Assembly (NCBI GenBank): GCA_973895155.1
Contig: OZ316891.1
Coordinates: 17,420,095 to 17,484,094 of the forward strand
Reading direction: 5' to 3'
DNA from: Marsupella aquatica
Taxonomy: Eukaryota > Plantae > Marchantiophyta
Length of the DNA stretch: 64,000 nucleotides
Part shown: positions 22,501 through 36,699 of the stretch, in pieces
How positions within the stretch are numbered: position 1 is the stretch's first letter
Layout of the letters: the number at the start of each line of letters is the position of its first letter
The notes under the pieces: model-generated
Seen by the model: the letters and a program-made list of their open reading frames with translations, nothing else
Databases searched by the model: none
What the model was told of the DNA's origin: nothing
Made by a program: the position numbers and the translations under genes

Positions 22501-25500
22501 ACAGGGTTCCAACTTACTGATAACCGGTATGGTTCTCTCAGCTTCTCATGCAGGCAAACCTTTGAACAAAATTATGATCACAACTGTAGTCTGTGAAGTG
22601 AGGTAGCATTGCTGTGGACATCATTTGCTCGACATGGTGGTTCTCTTTAAGGTTCTTTGTTGCCTTCTGCCTCTTCCCCCATATCCCAACCGTTCCTGGG
22701 GAACCGCAACGAAAATGAGAAAGTCTGAAGGGAAAGAAATAATAACGCATTTCACGGGACGAAACAGCTGAAGATTCCTTCTGGTTGATTCTTTCTGGTA
22801 GATGTGGATCTTGCTCCTGTACCCACAAGATGCATCAAGGAAGGTCTAAGGAGAAAGAGGACTTTTCTGTGACGGTCTTGAAACTATGCAGTTGCCAGCA
22901 GTGATTTCAGATTTCCGCCCAAACTCATCCACCTGTCCTTGGCTTGAAAGTAACTTAAGTGCATAGCAGTGCCAAAGTTAGGGACCAACACTCCCAAGTC
23001 TAGCAAAGTGAAGAGGGTGAAGCTGTGATTGACTCGGGAGTGGATACGAGAATACAAGCACGCAGCCCTGAAATTAATATGGTTTCTATTGCAGGTCCAA
23101 ATGGGAGTGGCAAGAGTTCATTGTTCCGAGTACTAGGTGGACTATGGCCATTAGTGGCCGGTCGTATCACAAAGCCTGGAACAGGGTCAGATATGGCCCA
23201 TGAGATTTTCTATGTGCCGCAGAGGCCTTACACTGCAGTTGGAACCTTGCGCGACCAGCTAATCTACCCACTTACTCCTGCAGAAGAGATTAACCCCCTT
23301 ACAATCGAAGGCATGCGGGAGCTGCTGAGAAATGTTGGTTTTCTCTGCCTTTCTGTTCTGGCTTTATTCAATCTGTGTTGATTGATTTACTCTTTTTTAT
23401 GATGGACTCGAAAGACACCGTTGAGGAGACAGTAGTTGACTGGATTGAAATCTTGCATAAAATGTCTGGGTTGTCTCTGTTCATCTTTGGGTACGGTTAT
23501 CAAAATTATGTAAGCTTTGAGGCTGTTTGAGGCTGGTCGTGGTTGATTCCTAGATTTGTCAGCTGCAGTTAATCCTCCTCTAACTCAACTAATGCTCTTT
23601 GCTCTTATTACAAAATAGGTTGATCTGGAGTACTTACTTGATCGCTACCCTCAAGACAAAGAAGTCAATTGGAGTGATGAGCTTTCTCTCGGGGAACAAC
23701 AAAGATTGGGAATGGCTCGACTCTTTTATCATAAGCCGGCATATGCCATTTTGGATGAATGCACAAGTGCAGTGACAACTGACATGGAGGAGCGCTTTTG
23801 TGCTAAAGTGAGAGCGATGGGCACCTCATGTGTTACTATTTCTCACAGACCTGCTCTAGTGGCCTTCCATGATACTGTTCTCTCGCTGGATGGAGAGGGT
23901 GGTTGGAGTGTACATTACAAGAGGTTCGTTTATAGCAAAGTCTTGTTCTAAATATATCTTTAAGGTGAAGTGGAGGGAATCTACAAAGATGTTAACTTGC
24001 ACTGGACTTCCTGTTTTCTTTTGGAGTAGGGTTTGTATCCGATGACGTTGATCTGGTCAGGGCCTCTAACTAAATTGATATGAGCACAATGCTGTTAGTA
24101 GGAGTCACGGCCAGGTCCTATTCTTCCCGTGATTAACGATGCTATGTGCGCTATCAATTTTGGCAGTGGCGGTGAGCTCCCCTCCAAGCCTCTCTTGACA
24201 ATACAAGACAGACCTGCAGAATTGAAACTGTCGAAGGAACGCCAAGATGAAGCGTTGTTTGTCCAGCAGCAGTTTTCTACCACCAAAGAGGTACGTTCTA
24301 ATTAGAGGTCTCGTTGCCATTCTTGAGCGTTGTGCACAGTTTGCCGGAGGCCAAGAACGTTTTTGCAATTCTTTCTAGTGCCTTGACATTGTTCTCTCCA
24401 TTGGGATCTGACTTTCAAAGTACGAAGCCCCTTGTCACTCGCGAATAATTTCGAATATTGGGACACTGAAGGTGTGAAGCTTCTCTGCAGTGAGTGTCTC
24501 TATGACCTTATCACCTCCGGACTTCAAGAACAAACTAAGATTCCCGGCAAACGGAGCGTACTAAGATTAATGCTCAAGCCATGCCTAGTTCGGTGGATCT
24601 CGGAACTTTTTAAGCCGATAATAAGCCAATATCGATAAATCGTGAACGATCCTGCCAGTGGTAATTGATTTTGTTGCGTATGCTAGCACTTCTCGAGTCC
24701 CTAGCTAGACGGACAAGTTTATGCAAGCAACATGACTGACCGATGAGGTACCCTGCCGAAAGTGAGTCTTGTTCACGAAAGCAATCAAAAACGTTCAGGA
24801 GCATAGACCATCGAACCTTCATAAAACATTAAAACAATGAACTATCAGAAGAGGAAGATTGTATCAAATGTCGAGACAATCGCTGTTTGTTTGTTTTTTA
24901 ACCGGCTCTTGATCCCTTATTTTGGCTTCGTATTGTTGTGGCCTTGTAATTTGGCACTCTTCCTTGTGAGGTAAAGATTGATCTTTATGACGTTGAACAT
25001 AAATGAATACTTTCATTTAGACATGCTTAGTTCAGCGATGAGCAATTACAATCAACACAAAATTTATACAGTCTTTTCGCAGTTCTGTATCACAGATATT
25101 TTAGTAAGCCACTTGTTTATCATACGTCACCGTACTCAGCATTTTCTTGGAGGTTCTGGTTTTTTTATAAGAGTCCCGAATAATCCGTTTCAGTGAAGTC
25201 TCCTGAAATCCGCGTCGAGGGTGATACTTTGTGTTCAGTGGGGGCTGCTGGAGGTAGTTCCCACTATCCTTGGTCATCGTCCTGTTCCATTATAACTGGA
25301 TACGTCTGTTGTCATCTTAATTGTTCATCATTCAGGATACCTCAAGAGAGGAGTTGGATTCATTGCATTCTTATGTGGGTACTGTATTGGCAACGTCGAC
25401 GACACCAGAGGGCCCCGTTTCTGTTCCTGTGGTGCCAAGATTGAAGAGCAAGCCCAGAAAGACACCTGCAAGAATATCTGCACTCATGAAAGTTTTGGTA

Positions 25501-28500
25501 AATGTTCTGACTTTGTGCAAATTTGTTTTCCTTTCTTTGATTTCCCAGCGAACATACAGAGTTTGCTCTATGTGGTGGTGACGAGCCCAAATTGTTGTCA
25601 TGATTGATTTGTAAATCAGATTCCTAGTGTGTACGGGAAGCAAGGGGGGCAACTTCTTGCAGTAGCATTGCTAGTTGTTGGACGTACCTACATTTCGGAC
25701 CGAATTGCTGACCTGAATGGTACGGTGACAGTTCCTTTGATATCGATGCGATCGCGATCAAATTGCCATCTTGGATAAATCAATGCTAGCTTCTTTTGAG
25801 TCGAGATGCTTTTAGTGAGGTTGATCTGTTGAAAGTTGCCGTAGTGATATAGGTTGATCTTTAAAGTGCTGCGTCACATGTAGTGTTGATGACATGGTAA
25901 CAAAAAGCATAGGATAGGAATGAATGCGAATTTTAACATGCTTGTGTTTACAGGGACAAGCGTGAAATATTTGTTGGAACAGGACAAGGCAGCGTTTATT
26001 CGATTGACAGGTATCAGTGTGCTGCAGAGTGCTGCCTCTTCAGTTGTGGCCCCAACTTTAAGGTTGGCTCACTTCCCTTCAATCTATAGCCGTTCAAGAG
26101 TTGTTAAAAGAAGGAATGGGTCAATAAGTTTGATCATTCGGCCAGCTGGATAACGGGTCTCATCTTAACGTGCTCGCCCTTGACACTCGTGGAGTTTGGA
26201 AGGATTTGATGTGAAGCTGCCGTAAAATTAGATACGCTTAAATCTTTGCAAACAAATATCTGCCTCCTCAGGAAAATGTAGGGTTAGGCGATATACTATA
26301 TGTACAAACACCCATATCGTGTTGCTTGCTGTCTAATCAATCGATAATACTCTTAACGGGTGAAATGTTGCGGCGCTTGAAGTAGTCAAGCAAAGCTGTT
26401 ATTGCTAAAGAAGAAGTGAAGCCGAGTATGATTTTGTTTGATCCATCTAGAATCCAGTGTGTTGGTGCCTACTGAGTTGAAAATCAGATGAGAAGAAGGC
26501 TAATATTCCGTATAGGCTATGAATTCATTTAACACAACTCCTTGTCTCAGGCATATGACATCAGTGTTATCTCTCCGCTGGAGATACCGTTTGACAGAAT
26601 ATCTCTCAAGTTCTTATTTCCAGAACAATGCGTTTTACAAGGTTTGTTCTTGATGTCCTCACGTGAGTATTTTTCCTAGGTAGTTATTTCCCTCGACTTG
26701 AAGTTGTTCAATGACTTTTCATGTAATGGACAATGAAGGAAGACTTGAATAGTTACACAGCAAAAAATAATTATAGAACTTGGATGTCTTGGAATTCCAG
26801 GCAGTTCACTTGGCAGAGGCTCGAGATTATGATGCTGATCAGCGTATAACCATAGATGTAGAGAAGCTATGTAGGGAACTTGCTGGACTCGTCACAGGAA
26901 TGGTGAAGCCACTTGTCGATATTGTCTGGTATGTAGTAGTGATTCATCAATCTCACAGCGGTTCGTCTCTGGTGGTCCTTTTTATTAGTCAGAAGCTGCA
27001 GATCTAGGTTTGATGAATGCAGTCTATATTAATTGCACTCAATTTCTTCCTTACAGTAGAACTCTGATCGCTCTGGCTTGGTCGCGGATCTAGTGCCAAG
27101 CTAAGTCTCTGTAATGTGTAAGGATTTGGGAACAGGTTCCATGACATTGATTCAGAGGTATCCCTCTTCCATTTTGCAGGTTCACGTGGCGCATGGAGTC
27201 GCTGACTGGTACAAGAGGAGTCACGTTTTTGTATGCGTATATGTTGATTGGCTTGGGATTTTTGAGAGCTATTACTCCCAATTTTGGAGGATTGACAAGC
27301 AAACAGCAGGAGCTTGAGGGATCTTTCAGGTGCACCAAAAGAAATAGCGTTTCCTCATTCCTGTCACTGCTCTCAACATTTTATTCGTTGCCTGGGGCCC
27401 TGACATAATAGACCAGCTACAAGCTTCGGAGTCTTTTTCTATAAAGCTTAGATTGCGGATTTTCTGTGGAAAAGATTTTTTGAAGAATGAAGGGAACGCT
27501 TCTTGAACCAGAAATAGGAGCAGGCTCCATGTCCTCGCTTCAGATTCTAGTTTTTACAATTTTCTACAAGAGCGGGCACTTGAAGGCTAATGGTTGGGTC
27601 ACTTGGTTCTACTCTGGCAGATACATGCATTCAAGACTTCGAGCACATGCAGAGTCGATAGCGTTCTTTGGTGGAGGAGCTCGAGAACAAGCTGTAAGAT
27701 TAATCTACGCACCCTCCCTGTCACTTCCCCTGTAGTTTGAAGGTTGAGGCTCGCTTGAGCTTTATTGTGTATGGTGCAACATAATGTCTTCTATGAGATG
27801 ATGTGAAGCAATTGAAGGCGTACTGTGCAGGTCATAGAACGACGCTTCAAGCAGCTTCTTGATCACTCTCATGTACTATTGAAGAAACAGTGGTTGTTCG
27901 GTATTGCTGATGAGTTTATAACCAAGCAGTTGCCTCACAACGTTACCTGGGGGTTAAGTCTATTGTATGCAGTAGAGCACAGTGGTGACCGCTCTTTGAC
28001 AAGTGTACAAGGTATGCATTAGGTGGACCATCCTCATTAAGTAAATCAGTTATGGGATTTTCCAATATGTTCCATCTACCTAGAGCAAAAAATGATAACG
28101 AACCCCAGGCCATGTCCATGAGTTTCAGACTTGACCAAGCCTTCATTTACAATGTCTTTAACACATTGTTGGGTTTGCAGGGGCGCTAGCACATGACCTT
28201 CGATTCCTTGCGTCTGTGGTATCTCAAAGCTTTCTTGCGTTTGGTGATATTCTGGAGTTGTATAGGAAGTTTTTGGAGCTTTCAGGTGGTATTGCTAGGG
28301 TTTCTGAACTTGATGAGCTGCTGAAGGCTGCACATGCAGGTATGTTCTTTCCTTTCTGTGGTGTTTGCAAACCATGGTCGGCCTACTAATGTGGTCTTTG
28401 CCTTTGGAGTGTCTCACCAGTAGTTTTCTGATTGATATTCACCAAGTAGTATCTATAGGTCCCATGGCGTACGACTATGGAAGCGGAAATGATATTATGC

Positions 28501-30617
28501 AAATACAGTACATGATGTCATAAATGGACACTTTTCACACAAATAGGAGCTCATTTTCTCAAGCAATACGTTCGTGCCATGGCTCACAGATAAAGGACTA
28601 AGGAGTCAAAAGTCAATCAAGCTGGATCCACTTCAACTGATTGAGCAACAGAGGAAGGCATGTGTGAGCGGTCATGGTATTTTGTTCTCCGAGGTGGATA
28701 TTGTAACTCCGACACAGAAATTGCTAGCTCGGAATTTGAGTTACCAAGTGGATTCTGGCCAAAGCTTGCTGGTGACAGGTAATTCAACATCTCATAACGT
28801 GAATCTGAAGACATTTACGTGGAACTTTTTGGGTCTTTTGGCAAAGCAAAAGCCCTTTTGTTCTTCTTGTATGTTGTTCACTCTTCTGCAAGTGCAACAG
28901 TGGTCATATATTATTCAACAAGCATTGCAACCTCGTATTAGAAGGCTGGTGCATCTTTGACTGCGTAAAGTTCCTATTTCTGTATGACCAGCTTCTTGCT
29001 TATGCTTTCCGTAGTTAATCTGAATATTTACTTCGTATTGTATGGTGAGTGCTGAAGAATCGTTTCTGGCAGGTCCCAATGGGAGTGGCAAGACTTCTCT
29101 TTTCCGGGTCTTAGGTGGATTGTGGCCTCATGCATCTGGTACTATTACAATGCCTTCGGGAGAAACTGATGGACGGATTGAATCGGGATTGAGCCGTGAT
29201 ATTTTCTATATTCCTCAACGCCCCTACAGTGCTATTGGAACTCTTCGAGACCAGATTATATACCCCCTCTCCTTGGCTGACGCAACTATTAAAATTGTGC
29301 GAGAGGCTGAGCAACTTCAACTTGATAGTGGTAATTCTCACAAATGGTTACTGAGATGGAAAAGTCATACATTTTTTTTCCTCTTTCTGGTGTGGCAGTA
29401 TGTTTTAGAGCGTAGGGTCCTTGTTAAATTCTCGCTTGCTTTGACTCCGTTACATAGATTTTAATGTGCTCTTAAATGCCTTCCGTCAGATTTGCTGGAT
29501 AACGAGGAATATAATAAAGCTTTGCGAGACACATCCTCGAAAGCAGCATTGGAGATGTTAGACGAGAAGTTGTGCTCCATTCTGGAGGATGTTAGGCTGG
29601 TCTACTTACTTAATCGTGAAGGAGGGTGGGATACTACAGCCAATTGGGAGGATATGCTTTCATTGGGGGAACAGCAGAGACTTGGCATGGTAAGTGTCGC
29701 AGTAGGTATAAGCCTTTTGAATGTGGGTACCATTTCTTTAATGTTGCGCTAGAAAAGCAATACATGGAAGTCCGCCTCATCATAACATGTTTTTCGTTTG
29801 ACTCCAGGCCCGACTGTTTTTCCATCATCCGAAATTCGGCATTCTGGATGAGTGTACAAAGTGAGTATCTTAGACCAATACACATGCACCACATTTCTGC
29901 ACTGTTGAAATCCACAACATGAATGATGTACTGAAGTATCGACGTTTGTTTGATGCCCTTGAGTCCCCTTCGGTCATTGCGCTATGTGAAGGCTTGAATT
30001 TGTGTTATTCGTGCGACATCTAGATCGCCTCTTGCTTTTATAAAATTTCTCCTCGATTTCGCAACCTGTTTGGTGTCATTCATATGTTGTAAAGTCACAT
30101 GTGCTCGTTACAGTGATGTTGGTACAAGGCGGGACTTGGGGGTGGACCCTTTTTCAGTCTGCTGCCAACATAGCTGCTGGATTGTTGATGCCAACTGACG
30201 ACTTTTTAAAATGACCCCTTCTAATTGCAGTGCTACAAGCGTGGACGTTGAAGAGGGCCTGTACAAACGAGCTCAGGCTCTTGGGATAACAGTCGTTACA
30301 ATTTCGCAGGTGATGTCGAGCGCCTTTGCGTTGGAATGAGAGCATGTGATTTCTTGTTCATTAAAGTTCATTAAAGTTGTATTCAGATGTATAGGCCATT
30401 TGACATTTGAGAATCTCATGCCTCGCAGTGAGGATACCAAGTTGGACTGGATCTCAATGCCGCGTCTTCAGGACTTTTCATATCGGAGTGTTTGAGACTG
30501 ATGATTCGCTTTCTGTTAATGCTGCAGCGTCCAGCACTCATACCTTATCATTCCAAAGAGTTGCGGCTGATTAATGGTGAAGGGGACTGGGAGCTACGAT
30601 CAATCAAGTCTACCTAA
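19535..30617 (+). CDS. ABCD1: Peroxisomal full-size ABC transporter, subfamily D (ABCD1/COMATOSE/PXA1/PED3 orthologue); >20 exons
   Basis: N-terminus [10 protein letters not shown]...[15 protein letters not shown]; [25 protein letters not shown]; [13 protein letters not shown]; [14 protein letters not shown]. Two NBDs with Walker [10 protein letters not shown] (~23095) and GPNGSGKTS (~29073), [15 protein letters not shown] signatures and ILDECT Walker B. Ends [10 protein letters not shown] (TAA 30615-30617). Confidence 0.96.
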
Positions 30618-31484
30618 GTCAGGGAGGGTGGATATCGATTGAGCAAAACCAACTTGGTGCCGACCATTCGAAGCAACACATGGCAGGGGAGCATGAAAGG
30701 GCTCATCTGTCATTTGCATTTGGTCTTCCGATCAGATATGGCATTGCGGAGTTTTTACCTTCGGGTCCATTGCATCATTCCACTCATTGGTGTAAAAAGA
30801 GAAAACCGTTATTGAACTCAAACGGCACTACTTGCCATTCTTTAGCTGTAATTAAAGTCTTTGGTTCCATAGCGCATTTATTCCCAATTCTTTTGGGGCG
30901 GAATTGGCTTTAATTCCAACATGTAACCTTCTAGAGCAGATGTACTCTTAACACGGAAGTCCCTTGCAATACGAGGCAGATGTCACGGGTTCCATGTAAT
31001 TGACCAAGAGTACTTTCTCCAAGGTGCTCACTCCTTTCCATATTTTGATTAAGCTAGAGAAGCCTGTATCCTCCCTGTCTCCAATCAATTGAGGCTTGTC
31101 CGGTAGATTTTGAGCTATGTATAAGCGAGAATTTCAGAAGCTTTGAGAACCGGCAATCTAGAATTCTCTCATGCAGTAATCATTATTTATATCTTTGATG
31201 ACAAGTGTACAGCAACCAGCTAATTAGAAGGAACCAAATGTGTTCTGGAATGGTAGGTGATGATGCCAGCTGGAGTAATGAATCAGGATTGTGGAGGGAG
31301 TATAACTCCACAACACTGGTGTAAGGCTGGCCCAGTAATTGACCCCTTATTTTCATGATTGAGGGAGTTGGATGCCCGAGTGTTGCCCTTCTGCATTGTC
31401 TGTTGAGATTTCCGAGGTACACTGCAAGCTTTCTATTGGTATGTCAATGAGGGAAGGTATTTTCAAACCTTCCAGGTTCTGGTT

Positions 31485-31693
31485 GATTGTGCGGGCTGTG
31501 CCTTGAATTCCACAATTTATAGTTTCAAGCAGGACGGACCACCAAATGTGCCAGCAACTTTAGCAGAGGCAATGAATACCGAATTCTAGGATTGTGCAGG
31601 CTGTGAGTTGAATCCACAATTTACAGTTTTAAGCAGGACGAACCACCAAATGTGCTAGCTACTGTTGCAGAGGCATGTCTACCGAATTCCAGG
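31485..31693. repeat. ~105-bp diverged tandem duplication between the convergent ABCD1 and PPR 3' ends
   Basis: GATTGTGC(G/A)GGCTGTG...CCACAATTTA...AAGCAGGACG(G/A)ACCACCAAATGTGC...GCAGAGGCA...TACCGAATTC occurs twice. Confidence 0.85.
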
Positions 31694-32397
31694 CATGGCG
31701 CACAACTATACAGGGCAGTCGGTAGAGGCTTGCATTTCAATTTTCCAAGCATGGTGCAACATCGGAAGGCGTACGCTGAAGAGGCAGGCATACCACATTG
31801 AAAAGTTTTGCGAAAGACATCCAATGAAATTACAGATGAATATGACTGGGTTAATTTTAATGATGAACGAATCCAAGATGCTCATAACAAATTACGCCGA
31901 GTGGTTCTTGACAAGGGACTGCAGCTCAGGCAGAGCAGCACAATAGAAGAATGGATTAAAGATATGCTTTTACATTACTGACTTAAACTTACAAGTAGCA
32001 TCTGATGTTCGAGTATGGGAGTGTTCGACCCATTCTCTTGTGTGAATACGAATTTCAAAAGATGTCATTTCCAGAATTGTATAAATCTTTCCATCTTGAC
32101 CATATCTAGGCACACAACAGCTCCTGCCCAAAAGCTTCTCTTCTGGTTCGTTGTTGCTATCCAGCCTTTTCCTCTGTTTGATAGGCTATGTCTAATCATG
32201 GGCACTCAAGTTTCTATTTATCTTTGTGATTGACCTCTCCCATGCTTGGCAATTCATCATTAATCCTGGCTTCTCCATCACTTCGACGCTGTCTGCCGTC
32301 TCTGGAGCACACCATATGTAGAAAAGCTTCCAAATATCAGCAATCCACGAAATCTGCTAAATACGAACACTACCAGACACTTCGCAGGTACCAACAA

Positions 32398-34242
32398 CTA
32401 CACGAACGCCTCCGATGAGAACCTCGAGTCCTGCGCTTGCTATAAGTGGGAATGTCAATTACTGGCATACACCCTGCTTCCTTTCCTCTCATGCTTATCA
32501 CGCAGTGCAGGATCAACTTCCAAATTTTACCTCTAAAGGTTGATTTTTTACCTCCACACGTTTTCCTTTTACGTAGCGGACTTCTACAATTGCAGTTTGC
32601 CTTTCAAGAAGAGCTTGTGCAACCGCGTCGTAACCAAAATGTTCGTACGCTCGTACCACTTTCTGCATAGTACCTGAGTCAGGTTTGACCTGAAGCTCGT
32701 CCATGTCCACCCACACCTTCAATCGAAGATTTGCATCCAGTGAGCAAACAAGTCTACAATATTATTGTGTTACTCCTTGCCAATTCTGTTTAAGTAACAA
32801 CCCTTGCAATTTCCAATGATGGGGGTAGACGATTGTGCGCGTTTACATTGAAACGGTAGTCGTGTTGCTAAGCAAGACAGCGACAAAGACTGAAAGGACT
32901 TACCTTTAGTATCTCCTTTTTTTTGTCATATCGATCGTACATAGCGATCATTTGTGCAAACATAGTTCGTGGTATGCAATCCCCGTTATCGTTGAGCAGC
33001 TTCTCCCATAAAACCTCTGCTTCCTCAATCCTTCCCTCATGATCAAAGGCTTCCAAAAGGAGCTGATACGTTGCGAGTGTCTTTCCTAGACCTTTATCTA
33101 ACATCCACTTAGAAACCTGCAGTTTACGCCAAGAAAATAAGATCACTAGACCCAGATATAACCCAGAGCAACATCGTTTTGCCATCACCGTGCCACTGCC
33201 CGCGTTTAAATTTAAGAAAGAATGGTCTAAAACCTGAATTATCCGCCGCCACTCTTCTTGGTCTTTCCACGTCTTCAGAGCTTTCTTGACAGCAATAAGA
33301 GGAAACTCTAGATCCCAAGCAATCCAGGCATCCAGCGCCCCATACACCTCCTCCTTTGTATTGGATAATTTTGCCACCTTCGGTAACGAATTGCAAGTCT
33401 GTCAGCTAACCATGTTTGACTTCTTTCATTACTGAGGTATTATGGACATTAACGTCTTATACGGAATGGCTCACCAGAATGCAAAAGCTGCTATGATATA
33501 AGGTTGCTTCCTACGTTGATGTCAGCAGCCTTCACTTACCAGATCAACTAGCTTCTCTGACCTGGCAACAGATCCTCTTTTTGTTTTAGTTTTCCACACT
33601 CGAGGAGTCTTTGGGCGAGGACCTCCGCCAGCAAATACATCCCTTGCAGCAATTCAAACTGCATCAGCGTTCAACTACGAAACATGCAATACTCTGTGAT
33701 AAATCCAAGCGGAAAAATCCACACAATAATGTCATCTCATGCGCAAGCATTTTATTTGTCAATGTGAATCAAAACAACGTAGATATAAAACGCTCACAAA
33801 TCTTGAATCTGCCGAATTTATGTGAAGTGGATGCGACCAGGACCGTGAAGCACCAAACCTAGAACCCTAAACCTTGACCTCTGAATGTGACCCTTGAGCG
33901 ACCTATGGTAAACAGAAAACCTTCCATCCCAACACTCGACAACAAAGTATAAGCACATTTGAGAGCAACTCACAAGCGGGGCGCGCTAGCTGGAGACGTG
34001 TGGGTCGGATTGCGGTGCCTGTCTGTGAAACTAGAGTTTTCCTTTCTCGCCTGTAAGGCTATGGCTGAGCTGTAGTACTCAGCTGCTGAAAACGAAGATG
34101 ATGACGATGACGATGGCACCAATGGCTTCACCAGCAAACTACTCACCGCCGATCTGACTTTAACGTTTCGGAGACCCGCTGAAATCCTGATCATTGCGGC
34201 AGTTGACTGCGTTGCTGGGCAACTCAAGCAATTGAGAAGCAT
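32398..34242 (-). CDS. EMB1417: Small P-type PPR protein, At4g21190/EMB1417-like; exons ~34242-33974, 33642-33540, 33377-33234, 33117-32904, 32716-32532 (or read-through to stop at 32513), possible last exon 32430-32398
   Basis: GPRPKTPRVWKT...LSNTKEEVYGALDAWIAWDLEFPLIAVKKAL...WRRIIQ|VSKWMLDKGLGKTLATY..LL.A...GRIEEAE.LW...DMDELQVKPD...EVRYVKGKRV matches this family. The S/R-rich N-terminus resembles an organellar transit peptide. Confidence 0.85.
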
Positions 34243-34538
34243 CCCGATGTCTACTTATCACCAACAAGTCACTCCATGCGATTGTTGCAGCTTGTCAACA
34301 TAATTTGCTCATCGATACTTCCGTCGCAGACTCGTAGAACGGGAGAACATGAGACGTGGAGTACTCAATTGCCATAACCCATAGCTTGAAACGATTTCTC
34401 GCTCTCGTGTTCCCCACTCCCGACCTGAGGCCCCGACCGCGACAAGCCATGGTACTCCACATTCCACATGGTCGTAAATGGTGACCTGAGTGACTCTAAA
34501 AAATCTCCAAACATGTACTATCTTATTAATGAAGGGTA

Positions 34539-34820
34539 ATGCAAAGCTACTTTCAACTCGTGTTGACTAGAGCACAATGCAAAGCTACTTTCAAGGGTTA
34601 ATAGTCTATACTGAAGCCTCCTCTTGATAGTAACTCTCAATAGGACAAAAGTTGTCTAGGCTGAAGCCTCTAGACAGACAAAAGTTGTCTAACTTGTCTA
34701 GATTGAAGCCTCTAGACCTTAACTCTCAAGAGGATAAAACTCGTCTAGACTGACGCCTCTACACCCTAACTCTCAATATGACAAAACTGAAAAGTGAAGG
34801 TGGACCAAGAAAAAAGGATG
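34539..34820. repeat. Cluster of degenerate tandem repeats upstream of the PPR gene (AATGCAAAGCTACTTTCAA x2; ~47-bp GTCTAGACTGAAGCCTCTAGACCTTAACTCTCAA...-like x4)
   Basis: Repeated motifs are directly visible; a single-unit homologue lies at ~44519-44615. Confidence 0.75.
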
Positions 34821-35633
34821 GGATCACAAATTGACACACTAAATAAGGACAAAACTAAGAGTTACTCTCAGTAAAGACAAAACAGAAGTGAGTGCCAAAA
34901 AAAATTAAGAGTGATGAGGGCAAAGATGTACACCAGCATCTTTGTTTTGCAAGATTATTATTTTTTGTCTTCATTTCTATCTATGTTCAAGAAATGGGTA
35001 ATCATGCTAGTATTGCCTTAATGTATATCAAAAACTACAATAAGAGGTCCTGCCACTTTTTAGAGTGGTTGTCTTACCTACTTTAGCGTTGTCTGTGCTA
35101 AAGAAGAATATGAAAGCAAAGCTACAAGAGACAATAGAAAACAAGTCACGGCAAAACCTGGAGGGGGAATCCTTCTTGCTCCTCCACTTGATCCTCCTCA
35201 GCCCCTCCCTTTGATCTTCTCATTGTACTTCAAATACAATCAGTGGTCCAATCCCTGGCCACAATCTTCTTTGTATTCACCCCTGCCCCAATGTACTCCC
35301 CATGTGCCATGCATTGCAAACAGAGTATGCTTGCCCATCCCTTGGTACTCCCACAAAATGAGTACATTGCATGACAACAAATATACTTGGCAAAATTGAA
35401 TATGTATTTGAATGAACAGCTTGTAAATACATTGTCACTAAATATGTTTGAATTTACAAATATGTCAGTGTTTTTGTATATAGTGGTATATAGTTCCTCT
35501 GGTTATTTTGGTGAACTTGTCATCCATATATGGAACCAACCCACTTTTGTAAATACAAACAAACAGTGACAGTATTGTCAATTAGAACATTGTTTATGGC
35601 AAAGTACTTAAAAGTTGTCTAAATGAAATAGCA

Positions 35634-35755
35634 ATGGGTTGGGGGCCAACCTCTCTGAGTCAGGGTGGGAGAATGGGTTGGGGGCCAAACTGCTTTGGGT
35701 TGGGGTGGCAGAACAGGTTGGGGGCCAAATTGCTCTGGGTTGGGGTGGCAGGGTT
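35634..35755. repeat. G-rich ~40-bp tandem repeat, 3 copies
   Basis: GGTTGGGGGCCAA..C/T...TG(A/G)GT(C/T)(A/G)GGGTGG occurs three times. Confidence 0.8.
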
Positions 35756-36117
35756 TAGGGAGCATATATGAGGGACCACTGCATATAACAACATATTTTA
35801 AATAACATCATTGTTTGTGTAATGACATCTTTTGCGCAATGGCATCTGAACATCATGTTTTGGGCAACCACCTTTTTGTCTTAATGACATCTTTTATGCA
35901 ACAACATCTCTTACACAACGACATCTTCAGTCCAAGGCTTGGGGATTGAACTTGAATATAATAATAATGGTCACCTGAATTATGTAACATTGTACGACTC
36001 TCTTTAAACATACCCATATAAAATACCAAGCCACATACAGTCATAAAATTAATATATACGTATGTATACTCACCCCACACAAGAATCTTATATAATAATA
36101 CATCTACACCACTTATT

Positions 36118-36432
36118 TGTTGAACTATGATGTCCTCCTTGACAATAAGATCATGACTAATTCCATGCACACGTAGTCGACACAATCCAATACGTGGTTC
36201 ACCTCTTCTCCAAGGCTACGTCCACACGAACATGAAAACTTTACTTCAAGAGTGATCTCCACACATGAGCTCACTCTCTTTCTCAAGTCACTTCGTTACA
36301 ATGAGTAAGCACCACACACAAGTGGCTTACACTAGCCCTGGTATATACAAGGTCACACACGACTAACCTAACCTCAGCTAAGATACTAACTGTGGTTAGC
36401 CTAAGTCACAAGACTAAGAGCAATCCTTAACA
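36118..36432 (-). mobile_element. Solo LTR (probably Copia-type), 315 bp, 5-bp TSD TTATT
   Basis: Starts TGTT and ends AACA; TTATT at 36113-36117 and 36433-36437. Shares ATACGTGGTTCACCTC and AACCTAACC motifs with the LTR at 58586. Confidence 0.85.
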
Positions 36433-36699
36433 TTATTTAGATCCAACCTAAATCTAATAGCTACAGTACTCCTAAAAACTAAAAACCTAAAAAACTTTTC
36501 ACCCCTCTTACGAAAGATGCCCTACCAACACACTTTTATCCTTATAAAAAGCACACTCACCAAAGGTTTTGACGCACAGTTCCTCCTGAACATTCCTTTC
36601 TGCATAATACCTCCCCTCTCTGCGTAAGCATTCTTTTGAGCATCTTCAACCTCCAAGCTGAATGACTGGCTCAAGCTCTGTTCATCTCTTCTCATTGTC

